64,000 bases of DNA from NCBI GenBank assembly GCA_964016885.1, contig OZ024742.1:67394001-67458000 (forward strand). Direction: 5' to 3'. The notes under the pieces were generated by a model. It ran no database searches. It was not told the origin of the DNA and worked only from the letters and a program-made list of their open reading frames with translations. The DNA is from Eledone cirrhosa (taxonomy: Eukaryota). Below are positions 13,528 to 27,369 of the stretch, piece by piece; within the stretch, counting starts at the first letter, position 1; each line of letters begins with the position of its first letter. The translations under genes and the position numbers were made by a program.

Positions 13528-14222
13528 GTATGGGTTTACTGAATATTTATTATAATGTTCGGTTTGTTTGTAAACAAACAGCACGAATTAAGCCGTACAG
13601 TGTTCGGCAACCATCGTCGCCCTTTTGTTCAACACTGACAAAGGAACGATGAACTTGTTTCAAGCTTATTAGCTATCGTCAGCATCGTAGACCTTCCTGT
13701 CAGATGATTGAACTTTTGAAAGTATATGCTTTCCTTATGCATATTAACGGCTGAGCAACCTAACTTGCATATCGAGTGAGTTAGTCGGCTGAGCGTACCG
13801 AAAACGATAAATGGAAAAGAATGAAATGAAATTTCATTTCTCAATCTTAGTACGGTATATACATACATGCACACATATAGTACGGCATATACATACATGC
13901 ATACACATATATATTTACGTAACTAATACGCTTGAAACTAGTTCATCGTTTATTTGTCAGTGTTGAACAAAAGGGCGACGATGGTTGCCGAACAATGTAC
14001 GGTTTAATTCGTGCTGTTTGTTTACAAACAAACCGAACATTATAATAAATGTTCAGTGTGCATGTATGTATATATATATACATACTACTGTACGCCTGTA
14101 TACATATATGTATGTATGTATACATACTGATATTTAAGTATCAGCCGTACTAAGAGTGAGAAATGAAATTTCATTTCATTCTTTTTCATTTATCGTTTTC
14201 GGTACGCCCAGCCGACTAATTC
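13410..14222. repeat. Rearranged inverted pLTR cassette
   Basis: ~13540-13665 inverts to ~13930-14057; ~13780-13855 inverts to ~14145-14219; ~13415-13460 inverts to ~14080-14127. Confidence 0.85.
13646..13688 (-). ncRNA. Type I minimal hammerhead ribozyme
   Basis: ACGAUG-CUGACGA-UAGCU aaua AGCUU-GAAA-CAAG-UU-CAUCGU. Confidence 0.8.
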
Positions 14223-14414
14223 TACTTTTGAAAGCACAAGATAATATATATATATATATATATCCAGGGGCTGTAACTAGGAGTTACTGCAAGTTCACCC
14301 GGGAGAGCACTCGATGTTTAGGTTCACTTCTGTGATGAGGTGTAGAGCTATACAGAGTGTAATGTATAGAAAGGATAAAAAGGACGATTTATTATTCCTT
14401 CATTGCATTTATTG

Positions 14415-14518
14415 ATAGGTGACGCGCGTTTCGCCACTGATCAGCTCAAGGTTCGATATATATCGATCCTACCCGACTCAATAATCCGCAGCTCGACGGA
14501 CCCTCTTAAAATGCTATA
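14415..14518 (-). ncRNA. Degenerate hammerhead motif
   Basis: 3' half GGC-GAAA-CGCGCG-UC-ACCUAU followed by AAUAAA is clear; 5' core decayed (UUAAGAG). Confidence 0.45.
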
Positions 14519-15323
14519 AGAAAATGAAATACATGCTATGTGGTAAAGTCAGAGATTCAAGAGTTTGACAAAATGAGTTGTTTTGATTGGTGGGAAGGAT
14601 CAAGGCGATGTACTGGCCTGTAGTGTATATGGGGGTGGTTGTGATGGTGAGATGTAAGTGACGGTCGGTGGATGAGGTGGGCTGTAGTGTGGTGGTGGTT
14701 GGTTGGCCTTGGCGTGTAGAGTATGTAGGGGTGGATGTGATGATATGGTGGTGGTTATGGTTGTTTATTGGGATGGGCTGTAGTATGAGGTTAGTGGATT
14801 GTCAGTAGACGGGTTGGCGTGTGTGTGGGGGTGTGGTATTGGTGCCGTTGTCTATGGTAGCGGCGTTTGTGGTGGTGTGGTGGATGTATTGGTGGCGTCA
14901 AGGTCATTACCTAGATACATAGCTAGACGCTCTCCTTCTGACAGATGCTTTGCATATACGTATACGCACACACATATAGGTATATATGTGCACATATATT
15001 GTTGTATAAACACACCCACCACAAAACACATACGCACATCCTTGCCCACACATATCGACACACGCTCACACACAGCCATATGTATATATGTACACACATG
15101 TATGTGCGTGCGCGCATGCGGACACGAATATGGAGAGTGGGGGAGTATCGGTGGGGGTGGGGAACGACAGAGATGGGGGAAGGTGAGAGGCAATGTCGAA
15201 GGTGTTTTACATATATACATACACATACATATACCCATACGCACATATGGGTATGGGCACATAGACTCACGGTCACGTATACAAAATATACACATACACA
15301 CTCACACACACGTATACTCACAC

Positions 15324-15373
<50 letters not shown>

Positions 15374-16504
15374 GTACAGACAACACACAGATATACATGC
15401 ACATATACACATACATGCACATACATGAGCTCACCTACACATACAATCAGATTCACCCATATACATATATGTAGACGTACACATACACACACATACATAC
15501 ACATACATATATACACACACACATACACCTGCGCAGACACATACACATATATACATATATATATATACACACACATGCACACATGTATACACATGTGTTC
15601 ACATACACACACACACATACATATAACTATGCGTACACGCACGCACACTTATACGTCCGTATGTGTAAAAATACTTACACACAGACACACACACTATATA
15701 TACAGGATCGAATACCGGTTAAAAGGTGATATGTTCGACAATATGATTACATGATCAGAGGTTACGGTGTGTTATAGGGTAAGGCAGACGGGGGGTGGGG
15801 GGGTTATATAATACAGTCGATCTGGGAGCGAGGGGTGATATGTGTTGATGATGTTAATGATAATGATTGTTGAAGTATTTGGATCTATCTAGTGGTGGCG
15901 GTGGTTGTGTGTGCGTGCGACAGTACAATTACAGGGTCGAATTTAGCGTGGGGTTGTAGGTTAGGGTAGACAGAGGGAACATGGGGGGGGTGAGGTTGTA
16001 GGTGTGTATGGTAGACATATGACGATGTGTGGTGTGGTGGTGGTGGCGATGGTGTGATATGATCGACATTGTATTTACAAGGTCCCTTGTCATTGTGGAT
16101 TGCAAGGTAGAACGTATCATAGGGGACCGATCTAATACGATGTTGCAACGATGAGGTGTGTATGTTGATGTGAATTTTGGTGGTGGTGATGGTGATGTGT
16201 GCGGTGAAATGGGGGCTTAGAGATGGTAACATGGAGTACAATACAATAAGTTCATTGAGATGTGCGATGGTGAGACGGGGTATATGTGGTTATTAATATG
16301 GTGTGTCATGGTTAGTGTGATTTTTGGTGTGGGTTATGTATGCGGCATGATATACAAAATACAGACTTACATATGGTTAAATGCAATACAATAAAATAAT
16401 ATAAAGTAAAGTAAGATTAGAATTCGTTGAGATGGGCGATGGTGTTACGGGGCAGATGTGGTTCTTATTATGGTGGGTCATGGTTAGTGAGTGGCCCTCC
16501 CGCA

Positions 16505-17186
16505 TATATATATAAACAAATGGTAGAAAGGAAAAAGATTTTTTCAGTACAAAATGTTGATGAGATTTTTTCAGTGAAATATCAAATCATAAATTTGTTT
16601 ACAATTCCGGTTTCAGCATTGAATGTATTCTTAATTGCGGATATGCAGAATATTGTTAAGTTGCATATTTGTGTATAATAGAGAAAATAATAATAATTGT
16701 TTCTACTTTTGGCACAAGGGCATCAATTATCCAGTACATTACAGGTACTTTATTTTATCGACCCCGTAAGGATGAAAGGCATAGTTAACCTCGGCGGGAT
16801 TTGAACTCAGACCGCAAAGGGACGTAACTATGCTGGAAAGCATGGAGTCCGACCCTCTACCGATACTGCCAATCCAGAAAATAATAATAATAACAAAAAA
16901 ATAGAGCCATTAGCTGAGAAGACCGACAGAGAAATTGACTTTCTCCTCTGAATGAACATGTGTTGTGAAAGTTAATTTTTCTTACCCTCTATATTTCTTT
17001 TTTGTTATTATTATTATTTTCATTATTTGTACAAATATAAAACTTGATAATATTCTGCATATCTGCAATTGACAATGCATCTAATGCTGAAACCGGTATT
17101 GTAAATAAATTAATGTTTTGATTTCTCACTGAAAGGAATCTCTTCAACATTTTCTACTAAAAAAATATTTTTCCCATCCACTATTT

Positions 17187-17195
<9 letters not shown>
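16505..17195. repeat. Diverged fold-back with a SINE inserted in the spacer
   Basis: 16505-16695 is the approximate reverse complement of 17000-17195; arms carry GCTGAAACCGGTA (HHR 3' half). Confidence 0.8.
16693..16876 (-). mobile_element. tRNA-SINE copy with target-site duplication
   Basis: Family match; AGAAAATAATAATAAT on both sides. Confidence 0.9.
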
Positions 17196-17620
<425 letters not shown>

Positions 17621-18214
17621 GAATCAAAAGCGGATAAACTATTCATTGCATATCGGAATAGAAGATTATACGCCATTTGTAAAGTATATAAATTATCAAT
17701 CATATAATTTTCTATTTCTCTTGTTTTTGTCATTTATTGTGTCTACAAATAAGGAACTTGTAATGAAAGCTGGTGAAATATACACTTGATATGATTGTAT
17801 GATGTTGTGTTGAGAATAGAATATAAATGAAAAAATAAAATTAATCAAACGGAATCCATATATGAACGTAGCATGACATATATTTCTATAATGTCACGTT
17901 TTCCATATTAAACATCAAGTATATAGTTATATTGCTGAACACCGTTCTGTCTGAATCGTGCCTGTTCATACAACATTTATAAAATGAAACTTTGAATCAC
18001 ATTTAAATAACGGACTGAGTACCTTTTTTTCTTCTTGATTTATTATTTACTATAGAATTAATAGAATGTATGTGATTAATGGAGGCTTAATCTCATGACT
18101 CTGCTTCTTAATAATTGCAATGATTTTCGTAAAAACCTAAATTGATAAAATTCACTCTACATGTCATATGTATAGAAATTTCCTTCCTTCTGCAAGTACA
18201 TTCTTATTGACCAA

Positions 18215-18266
18215 TTATATAATATTTGGAAGACATAACGACAGTAAACTTTGATTATTAGAAAGG
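18215..18266 (-). CDS. Candidate terminal coding exon
   Basis: Acceptor CATTTTCTGCCACTCTCCAG; in phase with 19677-19736 it gives LSNNQSLLSLCLPNII*. An alternative frame is open to 18157. Confidence 0.33.
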
Positions 18267-19676
18267 CTGGAGAGTGGCAGAAAATGAATTGCAGAGGGTA
18301 ATATGATACGACATTGTTTGAAATTGTTTCTTTACGTTCTGTGCTCAAATCCCATCTAGTTATTGTTGTTATTGCTCTGTAACTACAGATGCAACCAATT
18401 GATGTTGAGCAGATCTGTGACTAAAAATGTCCTCATTGTGATCATCACATTTATTGTGTACTAGAAAACATTTTCAAAAATAACCTCCACTATTTACGAC
18501 ATTATGTTGGGAATAATGAAAATTGGGGCAATTATTTAAATCACTACTAACAAAAACATAGAAGCTCATTGATTTTGGTTCTTTTGTTCTAACTCCTCAT
18601 AAATGTTTCAATCATACGATGGAAGATGTTTCAGGCATGTGTATAATATGGTATATGTTGACAAAACGTTTCTACTAATTCATTATTCAACGTAGATCTA
18701 CATTTCTACAAATAATAACGTCTATGTTAAGAGAGACGTGGATGCAGCAGGTTGATCGACTTAGCTAATACCCGGTAATCGTGTCACATTGTCTGATCAA
18801 TTGAATGAGCCACACATAATGACTGTTTGGTTTGAGAGACTATGTTATCCTAAGGATACCAAAGTGCAGAAATTCGGGGTTAAATGAATAGCCTTAATTG
18901 TATCCTCACTCATTTAATTTTCGGCTTCATTTTAATATTTGCTTTTATCATTTCGTTGATAGTGAAATTTGACTGCATAATTTTATGCCGATTGTGTCCC
19001 TAGGTGATTTACCCCTGTCATTAAATACATGGAAGATCTTTATTGATTGTGGAATCAACTAGAAAGCAAATCGATTTGTAATGCTGATGTTCCACAAAAT
19101 TAATTAAAGCCTTGTGGCTCTAATAACGAGACGTTTAAAACGACATTATTCCCCGAGCCACCACAGGAATATTACGCGGGCACATCATGTTGCTAGAAAT
19201 TGGAGACATATTTTCTTTAAATTACACACAGCCATACCGAAAAACAAAGAATGCACATATAACATAATATATTGTTGAAACGGCTTTAAATAAAATGTAT
19301 CAAACACATCAACAACTCTGTGCCAAATATGAATAGAATTTTCTGAGCAATGCATTAGAGTAAATCGTAAGCTAAAGTCGATATTTGCCCTTTGTAGAAC
19401 TATATTCTAGCTCACTTATTCAGCTGTTATAGCCTGAAACGTGAAATGTGAGACCTTGGTGTGGTGCTGAAGGATCGTAACGACTTTGGAGGATTATCTG
19501 GGCCTGTCCTGCCTCAGGTCACCAAAATGTGATATTGATAATTGAACAAAACACAGAAAAGCCACGACAGGTGCATTTCTATCATTAGGCTGCCACGATA
19601 TGCAAGATTAGGGCTAAGGAAACAGAAGCATAACTGCAACTGGGTGGAATTTAGATTGATACACATCCTCTCTTAC

Positions 19677-19736
19677 CGAATTTTATAGTTTTTATGCATT
19701 TTTTGTATTTGATTTATTTGTAAAGACCCACAGTCC
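19677..19736 (-). CDS. Candidate 60-nt host-gene exon
   Basis: Acceptor TTTTCTTTATTGGTCTCAAG and donor CG|GTAAGA; only open frame DCGSLQINQIQKMHKNYKIR. Confidence 0.4.
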
Positions 19737-19770
19737 CTTGAGACCAATAAAGAAAATACTATTTGTAGTA

Positions 19771-19830
<60 letters not shown>

Positions 19831-19867
19831 ACTGCTGTAGGAGGAGGAATGGTAGTACTATTAGTAT

Positions 19868-20058
19868 AATAATTGCTTCTACTTTTGGCACAAGGCCAGC
19901 AAATACCCAGTGCATTACTGGTACTTTATTTTATCGACCCCGTAAGGATGAAAGGCAAAGTCAACCTCGGCGGGATTTGAACTCAGATCGTAAAGGGACG
20001 TAACTATGCTGGAAAGCATGGCGTCCGACCCTCTACCGATACTGCCAATCCATCGCCC
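19868..20058 (-). mobile_element. tRNA-derived SINE (reference copy of the dominant family)
   Basis: Minus strand: A box TGGCAGTATCGG, B box GAGTTCAAATCC, central GCCTTTCATCCTTACGGGGTCGATAAAATAAAGTACCAG, ATT tail; target duplication CTATTAGTATAATAAT on both sides. Confidence 0.9.
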
Positions 20059-20362
20059 TATTAGTATAATAATATGACTCAGTAAGTATATATGTGTGTG
20101 TGTATGTGGGCCCTCGTGTATGTGTGCATCTCTACTTCCCATTAAGTATGCGTTTACATTCACTTAGATTAATAGCCAACCCTAGATTTATGGAATGACA
20201 TGGCGATAGCTATAGATACAAAAACAATTTTCCATTTCAATACCTCCGTTTCTCTGCCAATAGTATTTTGTGTAGCCATTTAAGCAACTATAACTTCACA
20301 TGCATATACACATACATAGACGCACATATACAACAATTACACACAAATACTCCTATATATTA

Positions 20363-20428
<66 letters not shown>

Positions 20429-21171
20429 ATGTGATATACATACGCACACACACCAATACATGTATGTATATATATATATACATACATACATAATTGCATA
20501 CATACATAATTGCATACATACATATGTGTGTGTGTGTGTGTGTTTGTATGTTTGTATGTATCTATGTATATTTGTATGTTTGTATGTTTGTATGTATCTA
20601 TGTATGTTTGTATGTATCTATGTACACGAAGAGAGAAAGGAGGAGATAGGGAGAGAGAGGAGAGAAAAAGAGGGATGAATATAATCTGCAATTTATTTGT
20701 ATACACACATTATTTCCCCTGTTGTTTTGTAGTTTCCTAGAACACAGTCAACCTATCCACGCGAATAATTAAATAAATAATTAATTAAAAGTAAATCGCT
20801 GAAAAACTATAAAGAACAATAATACGAGAGACAAACAGTAATAGAAGCCTATGATGAAATGTTTGAGAGGCAGACTTGAAAGCTGTGGGTATAAAGCTTT
20901 TAAAATAAACACAACCACTGCATTAGTATTAGCTAAGCATGAATGGTAGTTAATTAGGTGATTAGGCCTTTCATTAAGTGGAATGAATTGAAATCTAATT
21001 ACAAAATTATGAAACTAAATTGTACTTCGGCATTAACAACAATAACGACTACATTAATAAGAAGGCGAACAGAAATGTTTTTTTTTAAATCTAATAAAAA
21101 ACAAAGAGAGATATTTGTTATAACAGTAACAGCTTTATTGATGTTATTGTTCTTGTTGTTATTAATATTAG

Positions 21172-21241
21172 CAGTAGTAGGAGTAGTAGGAGTAATATGA
21201 AAGGGAGGATGAGTAGTAGTGGCAGCAACAACAACAACATC

Positions 21242-21315
<74 letters not shown>

Positions 21316-21410
21316 TAGTAGTAGTAGCAGCAGCAGTAGTAGTAGTAGTAGTAGTAGTAGTAGGAGTAGCAGCAGCAGCAACAGCAGCAGCAGTAGTAGT
21401 AGTAGTAGTA
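21172..21410. repeat. (TAG/CAG)n trinucleotide microsatellite
   Basis: Direct reading; similar tracts at 2589-2641 and 19765-19829, and (AAG)n at 42173-42245. Confidence 0.97.
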
Positions 21411-21559
21411 ACTTGAATTGTATTAATCATTATAACAATAATTTTTCTTTTGGTCATAAAGGCACTGAAGTTCGGTGCAGAAGTACAGCGAGGCGTTAAA
21501 ACATGCTAGAACTTATATAACTGAATATGCGGGAAGCAGAAAAGAACAGCCACATTATA

Positions 21560-22360
21560 AACACGTAGCGAAAAATGAATTAAAGTGTATCCAATTATGG
21601 GAGAGATATATAGGATCATTTAGGATGTACTCCGCGTTCATGGGTTTTCTCCAACCATAACGGTGATTGCTTTCTACTAATCGTGCTTCCTAAGAAACGA
21701 CCCATTCCGTCTGGTCATACTATTTATCCTTACCCAACTTACTACATATATACCAAATTATATTCTTTCTTCTCCCTTCTCACATTTCTCTGAAAATGGT
21801 ATGAGTTGAAATTGTAGAAAATGAAGAGTTTGAACGCAGCGGAAAGTTTAAAGTCTCCCATCATGCAACAACTTTCAACTTATTTCATACTGAGAAAACG
21901 TTTCTTTCTCATTTTCTAGCCATGAGATACGTTGTGAAAGACGCTACGGTGAATTACACTGAGGGCTTAATATATCCTACATGAGACTGTGGTTGTTCAA
22001 TATAAGCAATTACCGAATTCTAATTGGGTGGGTATTGTATGACTTCGTCACTACTCTTGCATCTAGCACTCACGATACATTTTTTCTATTGAATTTAACA
22101 CTAACTGTCTACGCACGATCATCTCATTATCAGGCGTGGTATTTTAGAAAGTATCCCATAGACACTAGACAGATAAACGTCAATCCGCCGACACATCGAC
22201 CACCTTCCTCTTCTCTATTTTGCACACATGTATGTTAGAATTAGAAGGAGTTCTCAGCACTCTTCATAAGAACAGTGCAATTGCTTCTATTCAGTTCAGG
22301 AGTAGAATTAAACTCACGTAATTCAAAGCCGAGTTCTCCAAATCCTACATGTTTCAGCTT
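21560..22360 (-). pseudogene. Possible decayed BEL/Pao pol remnant
   Basis: Ordered fragments GFELREFNS, TYLMARK, VGENP*TR and NDPIYL resemble BEL RT/RNase H-region motifs; many stops. Confidence 0.35.
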
Positions 22361-22363
22361 GCA

Positions 22364-22399
<36 letters not shown>

Positions 22400-22919
22400 T
22401 CTCTCTAAAAGGCTACAAAATAAATTCCAAAATACGGGCGTGAATTTAATGTACTTGTTCACGTGACAGTCATAATTTAATTTATAACTAATCAAATTGC
22501 ATTTCAGCACATCAGTCATGCGCAGAACAACTCTCCCCATCATTTTTTCCTGACCATTATCTTTTGTTTGGCACAAGATTCTCTAAATGGCTATAAAAAA
22601 ATTCCAAAATACGGGCGCGAAATTTAATGTACTTGCTCACGTGACAGTCATAATTTCATTTATAGCCAATCAAATTACATTTATAAAAAAAAAAAGCTTT
22701 CGTGAGCCACCTTTTTTTTAAGTAAAAAGCATTTGAAACACAAACTGGCGCGAAAGCTGATTTGCTTATTCACGTGACTGAATCAAGCAACCAAACTTCA
22801 CTCTTATATGAAAGAAAAACCTGAGCCAATTTGAAGATCCCGTTAAGGCTGAAAGCAACGACTCTTTGCTTAAATTTTAATCTGTTATTTTAATAAATAA
22901 ATATATATATATATATACT

Positions 22920-24200
22920 AACACTATTCGACTTTCATATTCAACCGCCCCTAATATTGAACAACATATAAAAAAGCTTAACGAAAAACGGTTGTATAAA
23001 CGCCTTCCAACACATAACAATACACATAACACATCGGCTATAACATCACAAAACAACAAACAACATCCCGTCTTACCTAAGCAACCTCATCAACCCATTC
23101 ATGCCAATACAACAACGCAAAATTATAACTGTAACTGTGTCCAACCAGGAATGTGTCCGTTGAACAATCAGTGTCTTGAACGCAACATCATATACAAATG
23201 TACTATCGAATCGGATAGCCAGGAGTGGTACTATGTGGAGTCTACAGCTACCTCCTTCAAATCTCGCCTTTATAGATATAGTTACTCGATAAAACATGAA
23301 AACCAGCGTTATGTAACAACACTCGCAGACAAGGCTTGGTAGCTGCGCGAAAAGAACCAACAATTTAACCTAAAATGGGATATAATAGCGCTGACCCTCC
23401 ATATTCAAACGGACAGGAATTTTGTAAATTGTGTAATATGGAATTATTTTGTATTATGAAATCCCAAAATATTTTATTAAATAACAGAATAGAGCGAACG
23501 TTATACTGTAACCATCGCTTGAAATCTACATTTTCATATTACAAACACTACCAGGATTGAACGCCTGTCTCCATCTCCGTTTGATCGTCAAAATACATAT
23601 TAACATTCTCTATTAGTCTTAATTCTATCAACTCTTCTATTCTCTACCATTTAATGTAAACTGCTATAGATAAAATGAGATTTCTTAATTCAATTCCCTA
23701 ATGCATATACCAGCAGGCTACCAGCATTGTTGTTATTCAGTAGCAGTGAAAATATCCCTCTGCCTTAATTGACACTTTATATCTATTAATACTACTACAC
23801 CAAACGACCAGCCCTGTCCATTGTTCAATTGGTCAAGTATAGATTAAAATAAGCACTCCCAAAAATTCTTATTTAGATAAAATAAACCATATACTCATTG
23901 TATTCTCATTATAAACCTTTTATATACTTGTATAATTATATACTTATATAATTGCCATCTGTCACATACAACCCCCTCTCTTCTTCCTTTCTTACAACTA
24001 ATATAAATACTTCAATTTTTCTGATTGTTTCCAATTTATCCAATATCTCTGAAGAAGTGACAACTGATTATACATTTGCTATCGAATACTTGCTAACATT
24101 ATATGATTACGCAAGCAGCGATACATAGGTATTCCGTCTGTTACAGAAACATATGTCAATACCTAATAACTTCCTTTTTAAAAAAGCACTTTCATTTTAT
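22920..24200 (+). mobile_element. PLE 3' fragment: Cys linker, GIY-YIG endonuclease and 3' UTR
   Basis: CNC....CPLNNQCLERNIIYKCTI...YYVESTATSFKSRLYRY, then PYSNGQEFCKLCNMELFCI...LLNNRIE...CNHR; stops and frameshift; flanked by (TA)n. Confidence 0.85.
24043..24164 (+). ncRNA. Hammerhead-like motif 3' of the GIY-YIG fragment
   Basis: CUGAAGA-AGUGACA..(~80 nt)..UGUUACA-GAAA-CAUAUG-UC; stem I not canonical. Confidence 0.5.
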
Positions 24201-24204
24201 ATTC

Positions 24205-24235
<31 letters not shown>

Positions 24236-24398
24236 TGGAGATATGCATGTATGATTGTACATATGTTTACATATGAATGTTTATGTGTGCATTAAAATGA
24301 TTTGAAAGTTATGCATTTATACACAAATTGAATGTGTAAGTGAGGCGCGCATTCTGACACACATCTATACATATATATATATATACACATATAGATAC

Positions 24399-24493
<95 letters not shown>

Positions 24494-24760
24494 AAGATTT
24501 ACATATACACAAACTAGAGAACTCATATATATATATATGTTTTTGGCAACCATTCACGATGTGGCTCAATGACGAATTAATTAATTAAATAATCAATAAT
24601 CAGAGCAATATACAATAAAGTATGTCCATAGAATCATGTGATAAAATATATACTCCATTTCCTCTCCCAATCAGCATAATCAACCACACAAAAAAAACAA
24701 TTAAACTCACTTGGACGAAGTATATTGCTCTGATTGTTGATTATGTGGATGCTTGCCAAA

Positions 24761-24822
<62 letters not shown>

Positions 24823-25048
24823 TTTCTCTAGTTTGTGTATATGTAAATCTTTATATTTGATAATCTCCCATATGGATGAGATGCAATTTAGGCAATATTA
24901 GGCTGCGCTTTCTAGCAACCATCCCACTCGCCTTAAGGCACCAATCATATTCTTTCTGACTTGACCACTGCCACGTCACAGTTCTTAGCAATTTTGAATT
25001 CGTTTCTGGCGGGGATCATTTAAGAAAAATCGTCGTCCAAGTCAGTTT

Positions 25049-25130
25049 GTTTCCTGATGATTTCGAAGCTCGTGAATTTATCTTTGATCGGATATTTCCA
25101 AAAGCAAATGAAACCCCATGGGGTAGAAAC
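25049..25130 (+). ncRNA. Type I hammerhead ribozyme with long stem II
   Basis: GUUUC-CUGAUGA-(~49 nt)-GAAA-CCCCAUGGGG-UA-GAAAC. Confidence 0.8.
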
Positions 25131-25756
25131 GTAATTTTGGTATGTTTATATACATTTTTTCTTCTAACTTTGATTTTATACCTAATTGTGTATGGTTGAT
25201 GATATATTTAATCGATTCCCACGTGCTATTGGAAATTCTGGGTAAATATTCTATGGCTGTTGATCGCGAATAGATAGCTGTCGTTTATTTATCTATTATT
25301 TTTTCATAGGTGTCTTCTAATCTTATAGCCTGGTTTAATTGGTTTTTTGTATGGTTGATTATGCTGATTGGGAGAGGAAATGGTGTATATATTTTATCAA
25401 ATGATTCTATGGACATACTTTATTGTATATTGCTCTGATTGTTGATTATTTAAATAATTAATTCGTCATTGAGCCTCATTGTGAATGGTTGCCCAAAACA
25501 TATATATATATATATATGTATATATATGAGTTTCTCTAGTTTGTGTATATGTAAATCTTTATATTTGATAATCTCCCATATGGTTTAGATGCAATTTAGG
25601 CAATATTAGGCTGCGCTTTCTAGCAACCAGCCCACTCGCCGTAAGGCACCAATCACATTCTTTCTAACTTGACCACTGCCACGTCACAGTTCTTAGCAAT
25701 TTTGAATTCGTTTCTGGCGGGGATCATTTAAGAAATATCTTCGTTCAAGTGAGTTA

Positions 25757-25838
25757 GTTTCCTGATGATTTCGAATCTCGTGAATTTATCCTTGATCGGA
25801 TATTTCCAAAAGCGAATGAAACCCCATGGTGTAGAAAC
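25757..25838 (+). ncRNA. Hammerhead ribozyme, tandem copy of 25049
   Basis: GUUUC-CUGAUGA-UUUCG..CGAAU-GAAA-CCCCAUGGUG-UA-GAAAC. Confidence 0.78.
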
Positions 25839-26133
25839 GTAATTGTGGTATGTTTATATACATTTTTTCTTCTAACTTTGATTTTATACATAATTGTGTA
25901 TGGTTGACGATATATTTAATCGATTCCCATGTGCTATTGGAAATGGTGGGTAAATATTCTATGGCTGTTGATAGCGAATAGATAGCTGTCGTTTATTTAT
26001 CTATTATTTCTTCATTAGGTGTCGTTTAATCTTATAGCTTTGTTTAATTGGTTTTTTTGTATGGTTGATTGTGCTAAAATGGTGTATATATTTTATCAAA
26101 TAATTCTATGGATATACTTTATTGTATATATAT

Positions 26134-26214
<81 letters not shown>

Positions 26215-26270
26215 TAGAGAGAGAGAAATAGAGAGAAAGCAGAAGAGAGGTAGTAGACAATATCACCAAC

Positions 26271-26460
26271 CACTTTACAGCATGAACTGGGCGCATTGTT
26301 CATACCACCAGCACTAGAGAGGTTGTCTTTCCAGTTTAAAGAGTCCTCTCTACCTTGTATCTTTCTACCATGCATGCATGTAATGAAGATTTCCTCAATC
26401 TCGTTCGGGTAAGAACATTGGTAATAGCACCTCCAATGAGAAACGTTTATTTGTGAGTGC
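26271..26460 (-). CDS. Candidate host-gene exon (Cys-containing)
   Basis: Acceptor TTTTTAACAG, open frame HSQINVSHWRCYYQCSYPNEIEEIFITCMHG...NWKDN...APSSCCKV, possible donor GTTGGT. Confidence 0.4.
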
Positions 26461-26559
26461 CTGTTAAAAACTCACGAAAATATACCGACAGGAAACTTGT
26501 TTTATTTGGAGAAAATTAAGAAGTTGAAAGTACAGTTTAGCTGTCTACATGCTATATAT

Positions 26560-26680
<121 letters not shown>

Positions 26681-27000
26681 AAATGATAGATAGATAGATC
26701 GATAGATAGATAGGTAACCATATAAATATGCTTACCTATCATATATGGGCTTTTGTGATTATGTAGTATTATTGTTTATGAAATATAAATCATAGGTATG
26801 TTATACATTAATTGATATTCATGTAATTTCACTTTGTAAACTGCACTAAATTCCAATCTCTATTGTTACTATATATTTCACTTCAATTTATATACATTTC
26901 GCCAACATTTTATAGGATTTGTTACAATATAATTAATGTTCCAATTGTTCACAACGATTTTCAGTAGGTATTTTTGTTGTTGTTGTTGTTATTCCACTTT

Positions 27001-27090
27001 CATTACTTATCCTTACGGGGTCGATAAAATAAGTACCAGTAATGCACTGGGTAATTGCTGGCCTTGAGCCAAATGTAGAAACAATTATTT
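27001..27090 (+). mobile_element. 5'-truncated tRNA-SINE
   Basis: ATCCTTACGGGGTCGATAAAATAAGTACCAG...GTAGAAACAATTATT. Confidence 0.8.
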
Positions 27091-27235
27091 ATATTATTAT
27101 TGAAATCCTATAGACAAACTACGTAACGAGTACTATTAGAGGAGACTGCCATATGTTGAAAATACATTTTAAATGAAACGAAACACCGATTACAATGCAT
27201 ATACTTTTAAAATATGGATATATTATGCATATATA

Positions 27236-27305
<70 letters not shown>

Positions 27306-27369
27306 CATATATATACATATGTCTGTATGCATGTTAGTATGTATATGTGTGCGTATGTATATATATATA

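Larger units (their letters stand above)
24490..26130. repeat. Tandem plus inverted pLTR array (third family member at 48330-49230)
   Basis: 24815-25430 is directly repeated at 25525-26130; 24520-24715 is the reverse complement of 25335-25535. No ORF. Confidence 0.88.

Noticed and set aside
14799-16241. Long H/T/Y/I- and G/V-rich ORFs
   Set aside because: Degenerate CA/GT-rich low-complexity sequence with no domain motif.
19970-20056. tRNA gene
   Set aside because: The A and B boxes belong to a multicopy SINE head with body, tail and TSD; no intact cloverleaf.
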